From assembly GCF_006345805.1 (NCBI RefSeq), contig NC_043023.1, forward strand, positions 682,001 through 746,000: DNA of 64,000 bases. The letters run 5' to 3'. A program made the translations under genes and the position numbers. Below the pieces are notes generated by a model. It saw nothing but the letters and a program-made list of their open reading frames with translations. It was not told where the DNA came from and did no database searches. Source of the stretch: Octopus sinensis. Its lineage: Eukaryota. Shown here piece after piece: positions 39,800 to 53,704 of this stretch (positions are counted from its first letter, which is position 1; each line of letters begins with the position of its first letter).

Positions 39800-40075
39800 G
39801 GAAAGAAGAATTGGAAGAAGGAGAATTGGAAGAAGAAGAAGAAGAATTGGAAGAAGGAGAAGGAGAAGAAGAATTGGAAGAAGAAGAAGAAGAAGAAGAA
39901 GAAGAAGAAGAAGAAAAAGACTTGGAAGAAGAAAAGAATTGGAAGAAGAAGAATTAGAAGAAGAAGAATTGGAAGGAGAAAAAGAAGAAGAAGAAGAATT
40001 GGAAGAAGAAGAAGAAGAAGAAGAAGAAGAAGAAAGAGAAAAAGAAGAAGAAGAAGAAGAATTGGAAGAAGAGGG
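39800..40075 (+). repeat. (GAA)n tract punctuated by GAATTG
   Basis: Direct inspection; it produces spurious polyE/R/K ORFs. Confidence 0.93.
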
Positions 40076-40329
40076 GGTTAAGAAAGAATGATGTTGCACA
40101 AAACTGTAAAGGAGCCAGCATGAATCCTGGAGGCAAAAGCAGGTCACAACAATTTGAAATATAATCCATAAACTGTTTATATACACTTGTTTATACGCAA
40201 ATGTTTATATATAATATATACTATATATACACAACAGGTTCTAAGTGGTTGTTGATGTTTGTGTTCCTGTTGTAAATAGCTTGTCATTGTGGTTCTTGTT
40301 GTTGCTAGTGTATAGTGTTTGCTACCCTT

Positions 40330-40382
<53 letters not shown>

Positions 40383-40471
40383 TATATATATATGGTGCCC
40401 CAGCATGGCCACAGCTCGTGAGCTGAAACTAGATAAAATAAATAAAAAAAAAAATATATATATATATATAG

Positions 40472-40880
40472 GCGCAGGAGTGGCGGTGTGGTAAGTAGCT
40501 TGTTTACCAACCACATGGTCCCAGGTTCAGTCCCACTGCGTGGCACCTTGGGCAAGTGTCTTCTGCTATAGCCTCAGGCCGACCAAAGCCTTGTGAGTGG
40601 ATTTGGTAGACGGAAACTGAAAGAAGCCTGTCGTATATATGTATATATATATATGTATGCGTGTGTGTGTTTGTGTGTCTGTGTTTGTCCCCTAGCATTG
40701 CTTGACAACCGATGCTGGTGTGTTTATGTCCCTGTCACTTAGCGGTTTGGCAAAAGAGACTGATAGAATAAGTACTGAGCTTACAAAGAATAAGTCCCGG
40801 GATCGAGTTGCTCGATTAAAGGTGGTGCCCCAGCATGGCCGCAGTCAAATGACTGAAACAAGTAAAAGAGTAAAAGAGAG
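40472..40880 (+). mobile_element. Dominant SINE copy
   Basis: Collinear with 4705-5093. Confidence 0.9.
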
Positions 40881-43371
40881 TATATATATATAGATGCAGG
40901 CATGGCTGTGTGGTAAGAAGCTTGCTTCCCAACCACGTGGTCCTGGGTTCATTTCCATTGTGTGGCACCTTGGGCAAGCGTTTCCTACTATAGCCTTGGG
41001 AGTGGATTTGGTAGGTGGAAACTGAAAGAAGCCTGTTGTATATATAAATACATATATATATATGTGTGTAAATATGCATGTATGCATGTATATTTGTTTG
41101 TGCGCATGTGTGTGTATACATATGTGTACATAAATGTGTATATATATATATATATAGATAGATAGATAGATGGTTCTGGGTTCATATCTATTCTGTGGCA
41201 CCGTGGGTAAGTGTTTTCTTCTATAGCCTTGGGCTGATCAAAGCCGTGTGAGTGGATTTGATAGGTGGAAACTGAAAGAAGCCTGTCATATACATATATA
41301 CATAACTGCTTGACAACAGGTGCTGGTATATTTATGTTCCCCTCTATGTTTAGCCCCCTGTGGGTAATAACGAAATAGGTATATTTATGTCACTATAACT
41401 TAGCAGTTTGGCAAACCAGACCAAGAGAAAAAGTATGAGGCTTTAAAAACTGAAGTACTGGGGTTGATTTATTTGACTCAAAATTCTTCTGTGTGGTGCC
41501 CCAGGGTTGCTACAGTCTTGTGACTGAATCAAATAAAAGATAAATGATATATACATTTATAGGTGCAAGCATAGCTGTGTGGTAAGAAGCTTGCTTCCCA
41601 ATGACATGGTTCTGGGTTCAGTCTCACAGCATGGCACCTTGGGCCATATCTTGTATTATGGCCTCAGGCCTTGTGAGTACATTTGGTAGACAGAAACTGA
41701 AAGAAGGCATGTGGCTTAGTTGTTAGGGTGTCAGCATCATGATCGTAAGATTGTGGTTTCAATTCCTGGACCGGGGGACATGTTGTGTTCTTGAGCAAAA
41801 CACTTCATTTCACGTTGCTCCAAAAAAAGGCGGCGAGCTGGCAGAAACGTCGATTAAATAAGTACCAGTTAGGCACTGGGGTCGATGTAATCGACTCAAT
41901 CCATTTGTCTGTCTTTGTTTGTCCCCTCTATGTTTAGCCCCTTGTAGGTAGTAAAGAAATAAGTATTTCGTCTGTCTTTATGTTCTGAGTTCAAACTCTG
42001 CCAAGGTCAACTTTGCCTTTCATCCTCCAGGGTTGATAAATTAAGTACCAGTTACACACTGGGATCGATGTAATTGACTTAATCCCTTTGTCTGTCCTTG
42101 TTTGTCCTCTCTATGTTTAGCCCCTTGTGGGCAATAAGGAAATAAGAAACTGAAAGAAGCCCTTCATATATATAAACTAATAGCCAAGGCCCAAGGGAGA
42201 CAATCGTTTACCTTTGTAGTGCTTTGGTGACTGCAAGATGGCAGTGTGGCTGAAGATCAAGGGACAATGGCAAAGAGAGATAATTACCTAGGGTTTTACC
42301 CTTAAAAACGAAACTTATCCCCCTTCAATATTTTAAAGAGGTCTCAGACCAGCAGTGTTTGGGGTCTGAAGATACACCATAAGGCTAAACTCCCTATGAG
42401 CAAGAAACCCTGGGTAACCCCATAAACTGGCCAACCCCACTATAATAAATAAATATGTGTGTGTGTGTGTGTATTTATGTGTGTGTCTTTGTGATTGTGT
42501 TTGTCTCCTCCACCATCACTTGACAACTGATGCTGGTGTGTTTACATCCCTATAACTAAGCAGTTTGGCAAAACAGACCAATAAAATAAGTACTAGACTT
42601 ACAAAAGATATGTCCTGGGGTCAATTTCTGTAAAGCAGTGCTCCAGCATGGTCAAAGTCAAATGACTGAAACAAATAAAAGAATAAAAGAAAAGAACCTA
42701 TATATAGATGTACAAACACGCATATAATATATCTTGTATCTTTCACTTGTTTCACTCATTAGACTGTGGCCATGCTGGGGCAATTCCTTGGAGAATTGTA
42801 GTGGAATAAATCAACTCCAGTATTTAAGATTTTGTTTTTTTTCTTTTAATCCTGGTACCTATCTTACCAGTCTCTTTTGCCAAACTGCTAATGTTAGAGG
42901 GACATAAACAAACCAACACTGGCAATCAAGCAGTGATGGCGGACAAACACACACACACACACACATATACTCTCTCTCTCTTTCTCTCACATGCACAATG
43001 GGCTTCTTTTAGTTTCCATCTACCAGATCTACCCACAAGGCTTTTGTTCGATCCAAGGCTGTAAGAGAAGACGGCACTTGAAGTCTTAGCTGCTGTTTAT
43101 TTCTCTGTGAGCTCTATGTTATCATGCCTAGCCATATCTGGCATCCTACACTTTGATATGCCTTGATTCTTAAGAACCCTCATAACAAAATGTTATATAT
43201 ATATATATGTTTTTACCCCTCTGCAAAGTAATTTTATTTAATTCTTTCGCAGGAAGGGCTAGTTCGAAGAGTCGTGTTCTGTCCTCACCTTCGAAACACG
43301 CTGGAGTTGAACTAGGGACAGCTGATGAAGGGGATTTTTCCTTGTGTAGTTTGTCTTGTACTCTGTTTATT

Positions 43372-43581
43372 CGTTGTAAAAAAATGGTCCGTTCCATGCT
43401 TGTTTTTACGTTTTCGTTTCTCATTGAGTTCTACGTCTATTTGTGGTGTCCTGCACACACGTATATATATTTATATATATAAATATATATAACGGTGTGC
43501 AGGACACCACAAATAGACGTAGAACTCAATGAGAAACGAAAACGTAAAAACAAGCATGGAACGGACCATTTTTTTACAACG
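43372..43581. repeat. ~210-bp near-perfect palindrome
   Basis: 87-bp arms (43372-43458 and 43495-43581) with no mismatch I could see; the TA-rich spacer is itself palindromic. Confidence 0.92.
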
Positions 43582-43633
43582 TAGGTACGTACATATATGT
43601 ATGTATGTATGCATATTTTATTCATTACACTAT

Positions 43634-43664
<31 letters not shown>

Positions 43665-44069
43665 AGTATAAACATTATTCATATATATATATATATTATA
43701 TATATATATATATACGTGTGTGTGTTTATATATATATATATACATACACACATACATATATATACACAACATGTGTGTACATGTGCATGTTTATATACTT
43801 ACATATGTACATATATATATATATATATACACCACACACACGTATATATATATATATATATAATGTTTATACTTGTAAGCACAAACATGACATTGTGAAT
43901 GGTCTCCAAACAATATCGGTTTTCACAATCTTTTCTCCATTTCTCTCGTAACTTTCCAATCTAGAATTACTTATTGTCTGCATACGTATGTACACATACA
44001 CATGCTTGCATACATGCACAAACACATATACACACATACATATATATATATATATAAATCTTTGTGCAA

Positions 44070-44110
<41 letters not shown>

Positions 44111-45231
44111 TACACTTAGTAAACATTAGGAAATGCTAATTTGCCCCTTAAGATTTGAAGCATTTAAACATTGTATCATGTTAAATGATGCCTTTCATTT
44201 GGGTGTATATATATACTCTGACTCACATACATACATACAAACATACACACACACACACACATATATATATACATATGTATAGTGTATATGTATATATGTA
44301 TATATATATATTTATACATATGTATATACATATGCTAGCATGGAAAGCGGACGTTAAACGATGATGATGATATATTTATACACATATATATTATAATGTA
44401 TATATATATGTATGTATTATGGTATATATATGTATATATATATGTATATATGTAGATATATATATCTAAATGTATATATGTATGTATATATGTATATATA
44501 TATGCATATATATATATATATATCATATATATATATATAATATATATATATATATGTATGTATATATATGCATATATATATGCTAATTCTCGCACACAGA
44601 ATCATACGAACATGCATTTAATCAAATGTTATCTCGGTTCCTATGTTGACCAGCAATATATACATATTTTGTTCACGGAAACTTATATCTACCACAAACT
44701 ACATTTAAACAACCACCACCCCCACACACACACAGACAGATGGAGTTCCACATAAATACAATATGCATTCATGCACAATACACATATAAACAAACACGCA
44801 ATACGATACGTAATAGATCCAGTTATTTTGTAAATTAAAATACCAAAATAACTAAACATTAACCATTTTGCAGCATTTTTATTAGTATTATTATTATTAT
44901 TATTATTATTATTGTTATTAGTATTCAGTCTGAACCATTTCAGTTGCTCTCTTGTTATGAGGTGATCCGTCTTTGACCCCTTCTGGAAATCCTAAGAGTG
45001 CAATAGGTTAGCTTATATATATATATTAGGTATAGTTGTGCTAGTTAAGATCACTTCTTTGCAATTATGTGATTAGGGGTTCAGTTCTTGTGTGTGGCAC
45101 CCCTTGAACAATAGTCTTCTACTTACAGCCATGGGCTGACCAAAGCCTTGTTAGTGGATTAGGTAGATGGAAACAAAAAGAAGCCCATTGTATATATATA
45201 TTTTTTTCTCTCCTTGTTTTTTTCTGTGTCC

Positions 45232-45267
45232 CTTTCTGTCGAAGAGCGTAGGCTCGAAACGTAAAGG
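45232..45267 (+). ncRNA. Hammerhead-like motif with variant core CUGUCGA (family C)
   Basis: CUUU-CUGUCGA-A-GAGC-GUAG-GCUC-GAAAC-GUA-AAGG; homologous minus-strand copies at 48832-48869 and 61864-61899. Confidence 0.5.
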
Positions 45268-45807
45268 ACTTTTTCTATTCCTGAGCGCTTATACTAATAC
45301 ATTTGTTTGTTTGTATTCCACCTGCCTTCGTCGTTTGTTTATTTTCGTAAACTTTCCCTTTATATATATATGTGTGGAGGCACATGGCTTAGTGTTTAGG
45401 GTGTCAGCATCATGATCATAAGATTGTGGTTTCGATTCCTGTACCGGGTCACGTGTTGTGTTCTTGAGCAAAACACTCAACTTCACGTTGCTCTAGTCCA
45501 CTCAGCTGGCAAAAATGAGTAACGGTGTGATGGACTGGCGTCCTGTCCAGCTGGAGAACACACACACCATAAAAACTGGGAAACTGGGCCCATGAGCCTG
45601 GCTAGGCTTGAAAAGGGCACATTTATTATTATTAGATATATACACACACACACACATATATATAACAGCCGAAATTTGCTATGATGATTCGGTGTCTGAC
45701 TGAAGATTGAAGGCTTCGAATGATTTTCTGTGTTCCGTGTTCGTCCCTTCCTGTATTTCACGTTCTTTATATATAAAAACATTTATTCTTATATATATAT
45801 ATATATA

Positions 45808-46183
45808 TTGGTATGCAATCCTTTATCCGGAACCCTAGGTGACAGTTGTGTTCTGAAATTTGGATTTTTTTGTGATTTAAGAACAAAAGCTACGTGTCCC
45901 TGGGTAAATTATATACAGAATCACAAGAAACAACATGAAGACTGCAAACAGTAAATGGATGTTTTCTCTCTACAAGTGCCAACCCATACCAGACACTTGG
46001 CGGTAAGTGGCAGCTGATCTGCCAAATATTGCTAGGTCATACTTGAGTGAGTCGGGTCAAGGTGATCAGCTGTTTGGACACCAAATGACTCCTGTTATGA
46101 TGTACTCCCCCCCCCCCCACAAAAAAGTTCAATTTTGGGGGCTTTTGGGATTTTAGATTTCTGTATAAAGGATTGTGTACCTG
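45808..46183. mobile_element. pogo/Tigger-like MITE
   Basis: TIRs GTATGCAATCCTTTATCCGGAA and TTCTGTATAAAGGATTGTGTAC, flanked by TA. Confidence 0.7.
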
Positions 46184-46236
46184 TACGTGTGTGTGTGTGT
46201 ATTTACTTTCCCAAATAAATTGCACTTCATCTTTGA

Positions 46237-46298
46237 GGCTCTGATGAAGCATTCGACTATGATTCCATTGCACCTTGTAACAGAAACAGCTGTAAGCT
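46237..46298 (+). ncRNA. Minimal hammerhead motif (family D)
   Basis: GGCU-CUGAUGA(46241-46247)...GAAAC-AGCU-GUA(46292-46294)-AGCU. Perfect 8-nt palindrome ACAGCUGU. Stem II not evident. Confidence 0.55.
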
Positions 46299-48528
46299 AA
46301 TGGAGTTCATAAGAGAATTTTTTATTCCTTTGTCATTTCATTTTCTTATTACTGCTCTCTACTAAATTGAGGCTTCATTCAGAAGTATACATATATTGAG
46401 TTCTACACCAGGTTATTAGTATTGCTATACATAAGTAAAGTAATAAAACACACACACACACACAAATATATTCTTTCTTTTATTTATTTATTTTTTGTTT
46501 CAGTCATTTGACTGCAGCCATGCTGGAGCACCACTTTGAAGGGCTTTAGTTGAAAAATTGTCCCCAGAACTTTATTTTTTTTTAAAGACTAGCACTTATT
46601 CTATTAGTCTCTTATGCCAAACCACTAAGTTATGGGGACATAATCACATCAACACTGGTTATCAAGTGGTGATAGGGGCACAAACACAGCCACAAAGACA
46701 TAAAACACATATATATATATATGTAAAACAGGCTTCTTTCAGTTTCCATCTACCAAATCCGCTCACAAGACATCACACAGTGGGACTGAACCCAGAACCA
46801 TGTGATTGCGAAGCAAGCTTCTTACCACACAGCCATGCCTGTGCCTATATACTCAGCAACACCTGCATATATGCATATATATATATTAGGGAATATTTTT
46901 TGTATGACTTAAAGGTTTGGTTGCTGTTTAGTTACATATTTAGGTGTTGGTTATAGATTTACTTATTGAATTTATTTACCAATACTGTTGTACATAGGGT
47001 AAATGTGTTTGAAAGTTGTGGTTTCTTTGGCATGTTTGTTCCCAAACAACACTTATTTTAGTGCTATGGACACCGCCAGATTGAATGGTACTGCTTAGGT
47101 GTCAAAATCATAATGATATCCATGAGGCAGCTGATGATGGACATATGTTGGATTGTCAGTATGGCTGTTTTTGCATGAGTGGAATAGCATTAACACATTC
47201 TTTTGACATATATATAATCTGAAATGTACAAAATTTTCTTGAGAATTTTCATTTCTTAGTGGTGGGACCATAGGGGGTCGACTTCTAGGATATAGATATT
47301 CACTTGGTGGTCATTCTTCTTACATGTGTATGTAATATAATTTTTCTGAATCTTCAGATTTTTCTATATGCTAGACCACTGGTTTTAAATTGATATTAAT
47401 CAAATTAATATTCAATTTTTCACCCTTATTATTTTAAATTTATATATATATATATATATGCACTCACACACATACGTCAAGCTTTCATGCAGTTTCTATC
47501 TATCAAATTTATTCACAAAGAATTGATTGGCTCAGGGGTATAGTAAAAAAACACTAACCCAAGGTGTGTACCGCATAGTAGGATAGAACCCAAAATGACA
47601 TAGCTACAAAACAAACGTTCTTAACCACACAGCCATGCTTATTCACTTATCATTTCCCCTCCACCCTTTTATTACTCTGAAACACATTTTATATATTAGT
47701 AACATGTATACATATATATGTAATAATAAACCTGGCTCTTTTATGAGGAGCAAGGGATCAGAACACAAACATTTTAATAAGGAGCTTTTATTGCTCATTT
47801 TGTTTCGTTGTTGGTGTTGTTTTTCTATGCCTTGGTGACGTAGGTACTCGTACGTTTAATCCGATTTTCTCCAAATACGTTCCACATGATAATAATAATT
47901 GAGAAATAAAATATATAATAGTACTTATGTTTCGCATTTTTGGGTGAATTCTTAGTCAAACTGCCACCCACGTCTTTTCAAATATAATGCCGTTCACCCC
48001 CCCCCCCATACCCTGACCAGCATTCATGCTACATTAACTTCAAATCCAGACATGTATACATGCACGTATACACACACATACATGCATATCTATAATACTT
48101 TTATTCTTTTACTGGTTTCAGTCATCTGACTGTGGCCATACTGGAGCACCACCTTAGTGGGGGTTTTAGCCAAAGAAATCAACCACAGGACTTGTTTTTA
48201 AGCTTAATACTTATTATTTACCCGAACCACTAAGTTACAGGGACATAAACACACCAACACTGGTTGTCAAGCAGTAATGGAGGGACAAACAAAGATATAT
48301 ATGCATAGATATGTATATATATATATATACATATATATATACCGGAGTAAACACATAAATGTGAAACAAGGTGGAAAAAAAGAGTACTCAAATACCAGTG
48401 GTAGAGTAATATGTTTTATTTAGCAAAAACTGTCCGATGAACGGCAACGTGAAACTCAGAGTAACAGATTTTGTAGAATTTTCTGCTGCTTTAAATTGAT
48501 TAAACCTCACCAAGTTAAATACTTAAAC

Positions 48529-48592
48529 CACCTGAAGAATGACTGTAACTCGAAAATTTTAAGAATTGAACAGCCATGAAACGATCGTAGTG
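48529..48592 (+). ncRNA. Minimal type I hammerhead motif (family E)
   Basis: CAC-CUGAAGA(48532-48538)-AUGACUGU/ACAGCCAU (7 of 8 bp)-GAAAC-GAUC-GUA(48587-48589)-GUG; perfect palindrome ACGAUCGU. Confidence 0.72.
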
Positions 48593-49041
48593 TTATATTA
48601 ATTATCTTTTTTAATAATTTTGATATATATTTAAATAATATAAATTAATTAATCTTATGTATTGGCTTAAGTTTTTCATTGTATGATTTGCCTAATAGTA
48701 GTTTTATCTCTAATTTGATATAATATATATATATATAGGGAGAGTTTACGAAAATAAACAAAAGACAAAGGCAGGTGGTGTACAAACAGCAGATGTATTA
48801 GTATAGCACTCAGGAATAGAAATAGAAAAAGTCTTTTACGTTTTGAGCCTACGCTCTTCGACAGAAAGATACACAGAAAAATCAAGGAGAGAAAAAAATG
48901 TGTGTAGTAGCTGGTTAGAGTGTCGAGCTTACGGTTGTGAGATCGAATCCCAGACCGGGCTACACGTTGTGTTCTTGAGCAAGACACTTTATTTCATGTT
49001 GCTCCAATTCACTCAGCTGTAGAAAGGAGTTGCGATGTCAT

Positions 49042-49410
49042 AGGCGCAGGAGTGGCTGTGTGGTAAGTAGCTTGCTAACCAACCACACGGTTGCGGGTTC
49101 AGTCCCACTGCGTGGCATCTTGGGCAAGTGTCTTCTGCTATAGCCCCGGGCCGACCAATGCCTTGTGAGTGGATTTGGTAGACGGAAACTGAAAGAAGCC
49201 TGTCGTATATATGTATATATATATGTATGCGTGTGTTTGTGTGTCTGTGTTTGTCCCCCTAGCATTGCTTGACAACCGATGCTGGTGTGTTTAGGTCCCC
49301 GTCACTTAGCGGTTTGGCAAAAAGAGACCGATAGAATAAGTACTAAAAGGTGGTGCTCCAGCATGGCCGCAGTCAAATGACTGAAACAAGTAAAAGAGTA
49401 AAAGAGAGTA
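49042..49410 (+). mobile_element. Dominant SINE copy with an internal deletion in the 3' half
   Basis: Collinear with 4705-5093. Confidence 0.88.
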
Positions 49411-50294
49411 AGAGGTGCCAAGCTGTATCTGCTGGTCTTCCATAAACAACCATGCCTGGACTTGTGCCTCGGAGGGTAACTTTGTAGGTGCAATCCCATG
49501 GTCAGTTATGACCGAAGGTGGTCTCAATATATATATATACATATATATAAACGATGGGCTTCTTTCAGTTTCCATCTACCAATCTACCAAATCCACTCAC
49601 AAGGTTTTGGTCAGCCTGAAGCTGTAATAGAAGACACCTGCCCCAGGTACCTCACTGTAGGAATGAACCCAGAACCATATGGTTAGGGAGCACACTTCTT
49701 ACTGCACAGCCACAAGCATATAATATATAGGTACAGGTGTAGGTCTGTGGTATGAAGCCTGCTTCCTAACTGCATGATTTCAGGTTCAATCCCATTGTGT
49801 GGTACCTTGGGCAAGTGCCTTCTACTATAGCATCAGGCTGACCAAAGCCCTGTGAGTGGATTTGGTGGATGGAAAACGAAAGAAGCCTGTTGTGTGCATG
49901 TGTGTCTTTTATATGTGTTGGCCCCACCACCAACACTGCTGCTGGACAATGAGTGTTGGTATGTTTGCATTCCCATAACTTAGCAGTTCAGCAAAAGAGA
50001 GTGATAGAATAATTATCAGGCTTAACAAAAGGAGAAAAAAATTCTTCAAAGCAGTGCCCCAGCTTGGCCACAGTCTTATGACTGGAACAATTAAATTATA
50101 TATGATAAAAATATATAGCCACAGACGTGGCTGTGTGGTAAGAAACCCTCTTCCTTACTACATTGTTTAGGTTCAGTCCTAATGCATGGTAATTTGGTCA
50201 AGGGACTTCCACAAGAGCCTTGTGAGTTTATCTGGTAGAAGGAAAGTGTCGAAACCATAATGATATGTGTGGGGCAGCTGATGATGGAAATACT

Positions 50295-50695
50295 CTTTAC
50301 TCTTTTACTTGTTTCAGTCATTTGACTGCAGCCATGCTGGAGCACCACCTTTAATAGAGCAACTCGACCCCAGGACTTATTCTTTTGTAAGCCCAGTACT
50401 TATTCTGTCAGTCTCTTTTGCCGAACCACTAAGTAACGGGGACATAAACACACCAGCATCGGTTGTCAAGCAATGCTGGGGGACAAACACAGACACACAA
50501 ACACACACACGCATATATATACATATATACGACGGGTTTCTTTCAGTTTCTGTCTACCAAATCCACTCACAAGGCTTTGGTCGGCCCGAGGCTATAGTAG
50601 AAGACACTTGCCCAAGGTGCCACGCAGTGGGACTGAACCCGGAACCATGTAGTTGGTAAACAAGCTACTTACCATAGAGCCACTCCTGCGCCTGT
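50295..50695 (-). mobile_element. Dominant SINE copy (minus strand)
   Basis: Reverse complement of 4705-5093. Confidence 0.9.
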
Positions 50696-51454
50696 GTAGG
50701 ATTGTTGGTATAGCTGTTATTGTATGCGCAGAATTGTTTTCAAGACATCCATTTGATATGTGCAGGAATGGCTGTGTGGTAAGAAGCTTACTTACCAGTC
50801 AGATAGTTCTGGGTTCAGTCCCACTGTGTGGAACTTTGGGCAACTGTCTTCTACTATAGCCTCAGGCTGACCAAAGCCTTGTGAGTGGATTTCAGAAACT
50901 GAAAGAAGCCCGTTGTATATATATATGTATATATTTGTGTGTCTGTGTTTGTACCCTCATCATTGCTTGAGAACCGATGTTGGTGTGTTTACGTCCCTGT
51001 AACTTAGCAGTTCAGCAAAAGAGACCAATAGAATAAGTACTAGGCTTACAAAGAATAAGTCCTGGAGTCGATGTGTTTGACTAAAGATGGTGCTCCAGCA
51101 TGGCTGCAGTCAAAATGACTGAAACAAATAAAAGAATAAAAGAATACATGTGTGTGTCTTTGTGTCTGTCCTCTTCGTTACTGCTTGCAAATGGTGTTGG
51201 TGTGTTTATGTTCCTGTAACTTAGCAGTTCAACAAAACAGAAACAATAGAATAAGTACCAGGCTTTTTAAAGTAAGTACCAGTGACAATTCATTCCACTA
51301 AAAATTCTTAAAAGCAGTACTCCAGCATGGCCACAGTCTAATGCCTGAAGCTATTATAAGACAAAATTAAAAGACATACGTTTGTACATAATCTTGTATG
51401 CGTGTATATGTGCATGTGTGTGTGTAAGTATTTGGTGTCAGTGTGTGTGTGCAT

Positions 51455-52042
51455 CATCATCATCATCATCATCGTTTAGCATCCGCTTTCCATGCTGACA
51501 TGGGTTGGACGGTTCAACTGGGGTCTGGGAAGCCAGGAGGCTGTGCCAGGCTCCAGTCTGATCTGGCAATGTTTCTACTGCTGGATGCCCTTCCTAACGC
51601 CAACCACTCCATGAGTGTAGTGGGTGCTTTACGTGCCACCGGCACAGGTGCCAGGTGAGGCTGGCAACGGCCACGATCGGATGGTGCTTTTTATGTGCCA
51701 CCGGCATGGAGGCCTGTCGGGGCGGCGCTGGCAGTGGCCACGTTCGGATGGTTCTCTTATGTGCCAAGGTCTTCACAAGTAGAGTTTTGTGTCTCAAGAA
51801 GGAAAGGTATCCATAAGTGGACTGAGGCCATGGGTTATGGTCTCACTTGTCCTGCCGGGTCTTCTCATGCTCAGCATACTTCCAAATGTCTCGGTCTCTA
51901 GTCATTTCCTCGGTGAGACCTAAAGTTCAAAGGTCGTGCTTCACCATCTTGTCCCAGGTTTTCCTGGGTCTACCTCTTCCACAGGTTCTCTCAATCACTA
52001 GGGTGTGGCACTTTTTCACACAACTATCTTCATCCGTGCAGA
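51455..52042 (-). mobile_element. RTE LINE 3' end with a normal-length (~400-bp) 3'UTR
   Basis: Minus strand reads DEDSCVKKCHTL...GRGRPRKTWDKMVKHDL..LGLTEEMTRDRDIWKY; ends in (GAT)n. Confidence 0.88.
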
Positions 52043-52132
52043 TTTATATATTTTATTTTCTGTACATATGCTCAGATATATGTCTGCATGTCTACACATG
52101 AGCATATTTACTTATATGCTAAACTTTTGGAA

Positions 52133-52164
<32 letters not shown>

Positions 52165-52561
52165 CTCTTTACTCTTTTACTTGTTTCAGTCATTTGACTG
52201 CAGCCATGCCGGAGCACCACCTTTAGTCGGTTGTCAAACGATGTTGGGGGGAAGAAACACGGACACACAAGCATATACACACACATACATATATACGATG
52301 GGCTTCTTTCAGTTTCCGTCTACCAAATCCACTCATAAGGCTTTGGTTAGCCCGAGGCTATAGTAGAGGACACTTGCCCTAGGTGCCACATAGTAGGACT
52401 GAACCTGGAACCATGTGGTTCGTAAGCAAGCTACTTACCACACAGCCACTCCTGTGCCTATATGTCTTCTACTATAGCCTCAGGCTGATCAAAGCCTTGT
52501 GAGTCAATTTGGTAGATGGAAACTGAAAGAAGCCTGTTGTGTGTGTGTATGTATGTATATA

Positions 52562-52600
<39 letters not shown>

Positions 52601-53344
52601 TGTATATATATGTATGTATGTATGTGTGTTTGTATCTGGGTTTGTCCCCCACCACTGCTTAACAACTGGTGTTGGTGTATTTACATCCCTGTACCTTAGT
52701 GGTTCAGCAAAAGACATTGATAGGGTAAATACCAGGCTTAAAAAAAAGGTATCGGTGTCGATTTATGCAACTAAGAATTCTACAAGGAAGTGCTCCAGTA
52801 TTGACCCAGTCTAGTGACTGAAACAAGTAAAAGATAAAAGATATATATTGAGGAGTTATATGTGTGTATTCACACATACAGATACACATTTATATATATA
52901 TATTAATAAGACATATAGTGTGTGTGACCCCCTTCGGTCAGACACTGACCATGGGTTTGCACCTAGAGAGTTACTCTCTGAGGCACAAGTCTGGGCAAGG
53001 TTGTTTCATGGAAGACCAGCAGTCGCCCATGCATACCAGCCTCCCCTCTCCACGCCACCAGTGTTATCCAAGGGAAAGACAAAGGTCGATACAGCTTGGC
53101 ACCTGTGACGTCGCAACTCATTTCTACAGCTGAGTGAACTGGAGCAACGTGAAATAAAGTGTCTTGCTCAAGAACACAACACGCAGCCCGGTCCGGGATT
53201 CGAGCTCACAACCTCACGATCGTAAGCTCGACGCTCTAACCATTGAGCCACGCGCCTTCACATATAAATACATATATGTATTTATGTGTATATATATATG
53301 ACTGTATATATGTATAACTGTGTGTGCATGCCTATATATATAAT

Positions 53345-53695
53345 AGATGAGCAAAACGCCCCCCATCCAAATTTTGTCAAAGCAACTTGTCCGACCGTCC
53401 CATAGGCCTCCCCTTTGAGAAACACTGATTTAACCTAAATTTGAGACACCAGCAAAAGAAGAAATAATAAAGATAGACTTTTTTTCTATTCCAAGAAAAA
53501 GGAATTTACGAATGCACGTTCCCACGGCTTTATCGATCGCATTCTCACCTGGAATCGATTTTTGTAATTTTTTCAAGACTTATACACGCTCTGATACCAT
53601 CGGTATCTACATATCAAATTTGAGCGCAATCAGATGGAGGATGCCCAAGATCCGAGAAGACACACAGACAGACAGAACGGATTTTATATAATACA
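53345..53695 (+). mobile_element. Possible non-autonomous Helitron-like element
   Basis: 3' portion TATCAAATTTGAGCGCAATCAGATG...ACAGACAGACAG..TTTTATAT resembles Helitron/HINE-type ends; judged by pattern only. Confidence 0.4.
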
Positions 53696-53704
53696 TATAT
53701 ATAT

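Noticed and set aside
39765-40091. Acidic or basic low-complexity protein ORFs
   Set aside because: A (GAA)n tract that is open in several frames.
43255-43350. Permuted hammerhead from CCTTCGAAAC...CTGATGAAGGGG
   Set aside because: Stem I and the cleavage triplet cannot be put in register.
47095-47150. GAAA...CTGATGATGGAC motif, also at ~50250-50290
   Set aside because: Stem I does not pair; more likely a fragment of an unrelated repeat.
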